A DNA stretch of 64,000 nt from Tubiluchus corallicola (lineage: Eukaryota; Animalia; Priapulida). A model generated the notes under the pieces. It saw nothing but the letters and a program-made list of their open reading frames with translations. It was not told where the DNA came from and ran no database searches. The position numbers and the translations under genes were made by a program. The first letter of the stretch is position 1, and every line of letters begins with the position of its first letter. Below, one piece after another: positions 63,668 to 64,000 of the stretch. The stretch lies in contig JAQGDQ010000084.1 of NCBI GenBank assembly GCA_030141605.1, forward strand, positions 496,001 to 560,000. The letters run 5' to 3'.

Positions 63668-64000
63668 AAAAAAGACTTACTAATGAAGGTTTCATTTAAT
63701 GTAATTTTAGTACTTGTTTAGTTGGCAGTTTTTTGGTACCTTATTAAAATACTCATAAGATATTATTCCTGCTTACGCTTACCTATTTTATTATGTTCGC
63801 TTTCATTGTTGGATTATGAAATCCATCAGCATTGATGTAATTAGTTACAATGACTAAGTGTCAATAACTGCTAAACATGCATTAGTTTTTTAGCATATTT
63901 ATGAATCCCTCGTCAGCCACACTAAAAGTCTTTTAGATAACTGATAGTTATAAGTGTTTGGGAAGTGAAAGTGACTGGTGCTTGGCAAACGTGGAATTGT

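Overview
AT-rich animal genomic DNA; the 5S-derived sequence resembles lophotrochozoan (mollusc/annelid-type) 5S rRNA. The window is almost entirely intronic sequence of one large + strand gene, an LMO7/LIMCH1 (Drosophila smallish) homolog. Eight phase-compatible coding exons (10051-62461) give a calponin-homology domain, a Ser-rich linker and the start of the conserved 'P..FVK...A..QI...E.DWQS' region. The start exon was not located and the 3' end lies beyond the window. Introns are packed with TTAA-flanked Kolobok-type MITEs (about 13 copies of one family), hAT/Tigger/Helentron-type non-autonomous elements, LINE and Penelope 3' ends (with hammerhead motifs), a 5S-rRNA-headed SINE and many minisatellites. 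The most unusual signal is a set of tandem arrays built from this gene's own splice sites: (1) a 188-bp triplication of an acceptor plus CH-domain exon whose first copy differs mostly at synonymous sites; (2) a 27-bp array of in-frame 3' splice-site modules leading into a coding exon; (3) 21-bp and 82-bp splice-signal arrays. Also noted: a GC-AG intron, inverted LINE copies bracketing a CH exon, and a possible nested antisense SPFH/band-7 pseudogene. All homology calls come from manual translation and recalled motifs, not database searches.
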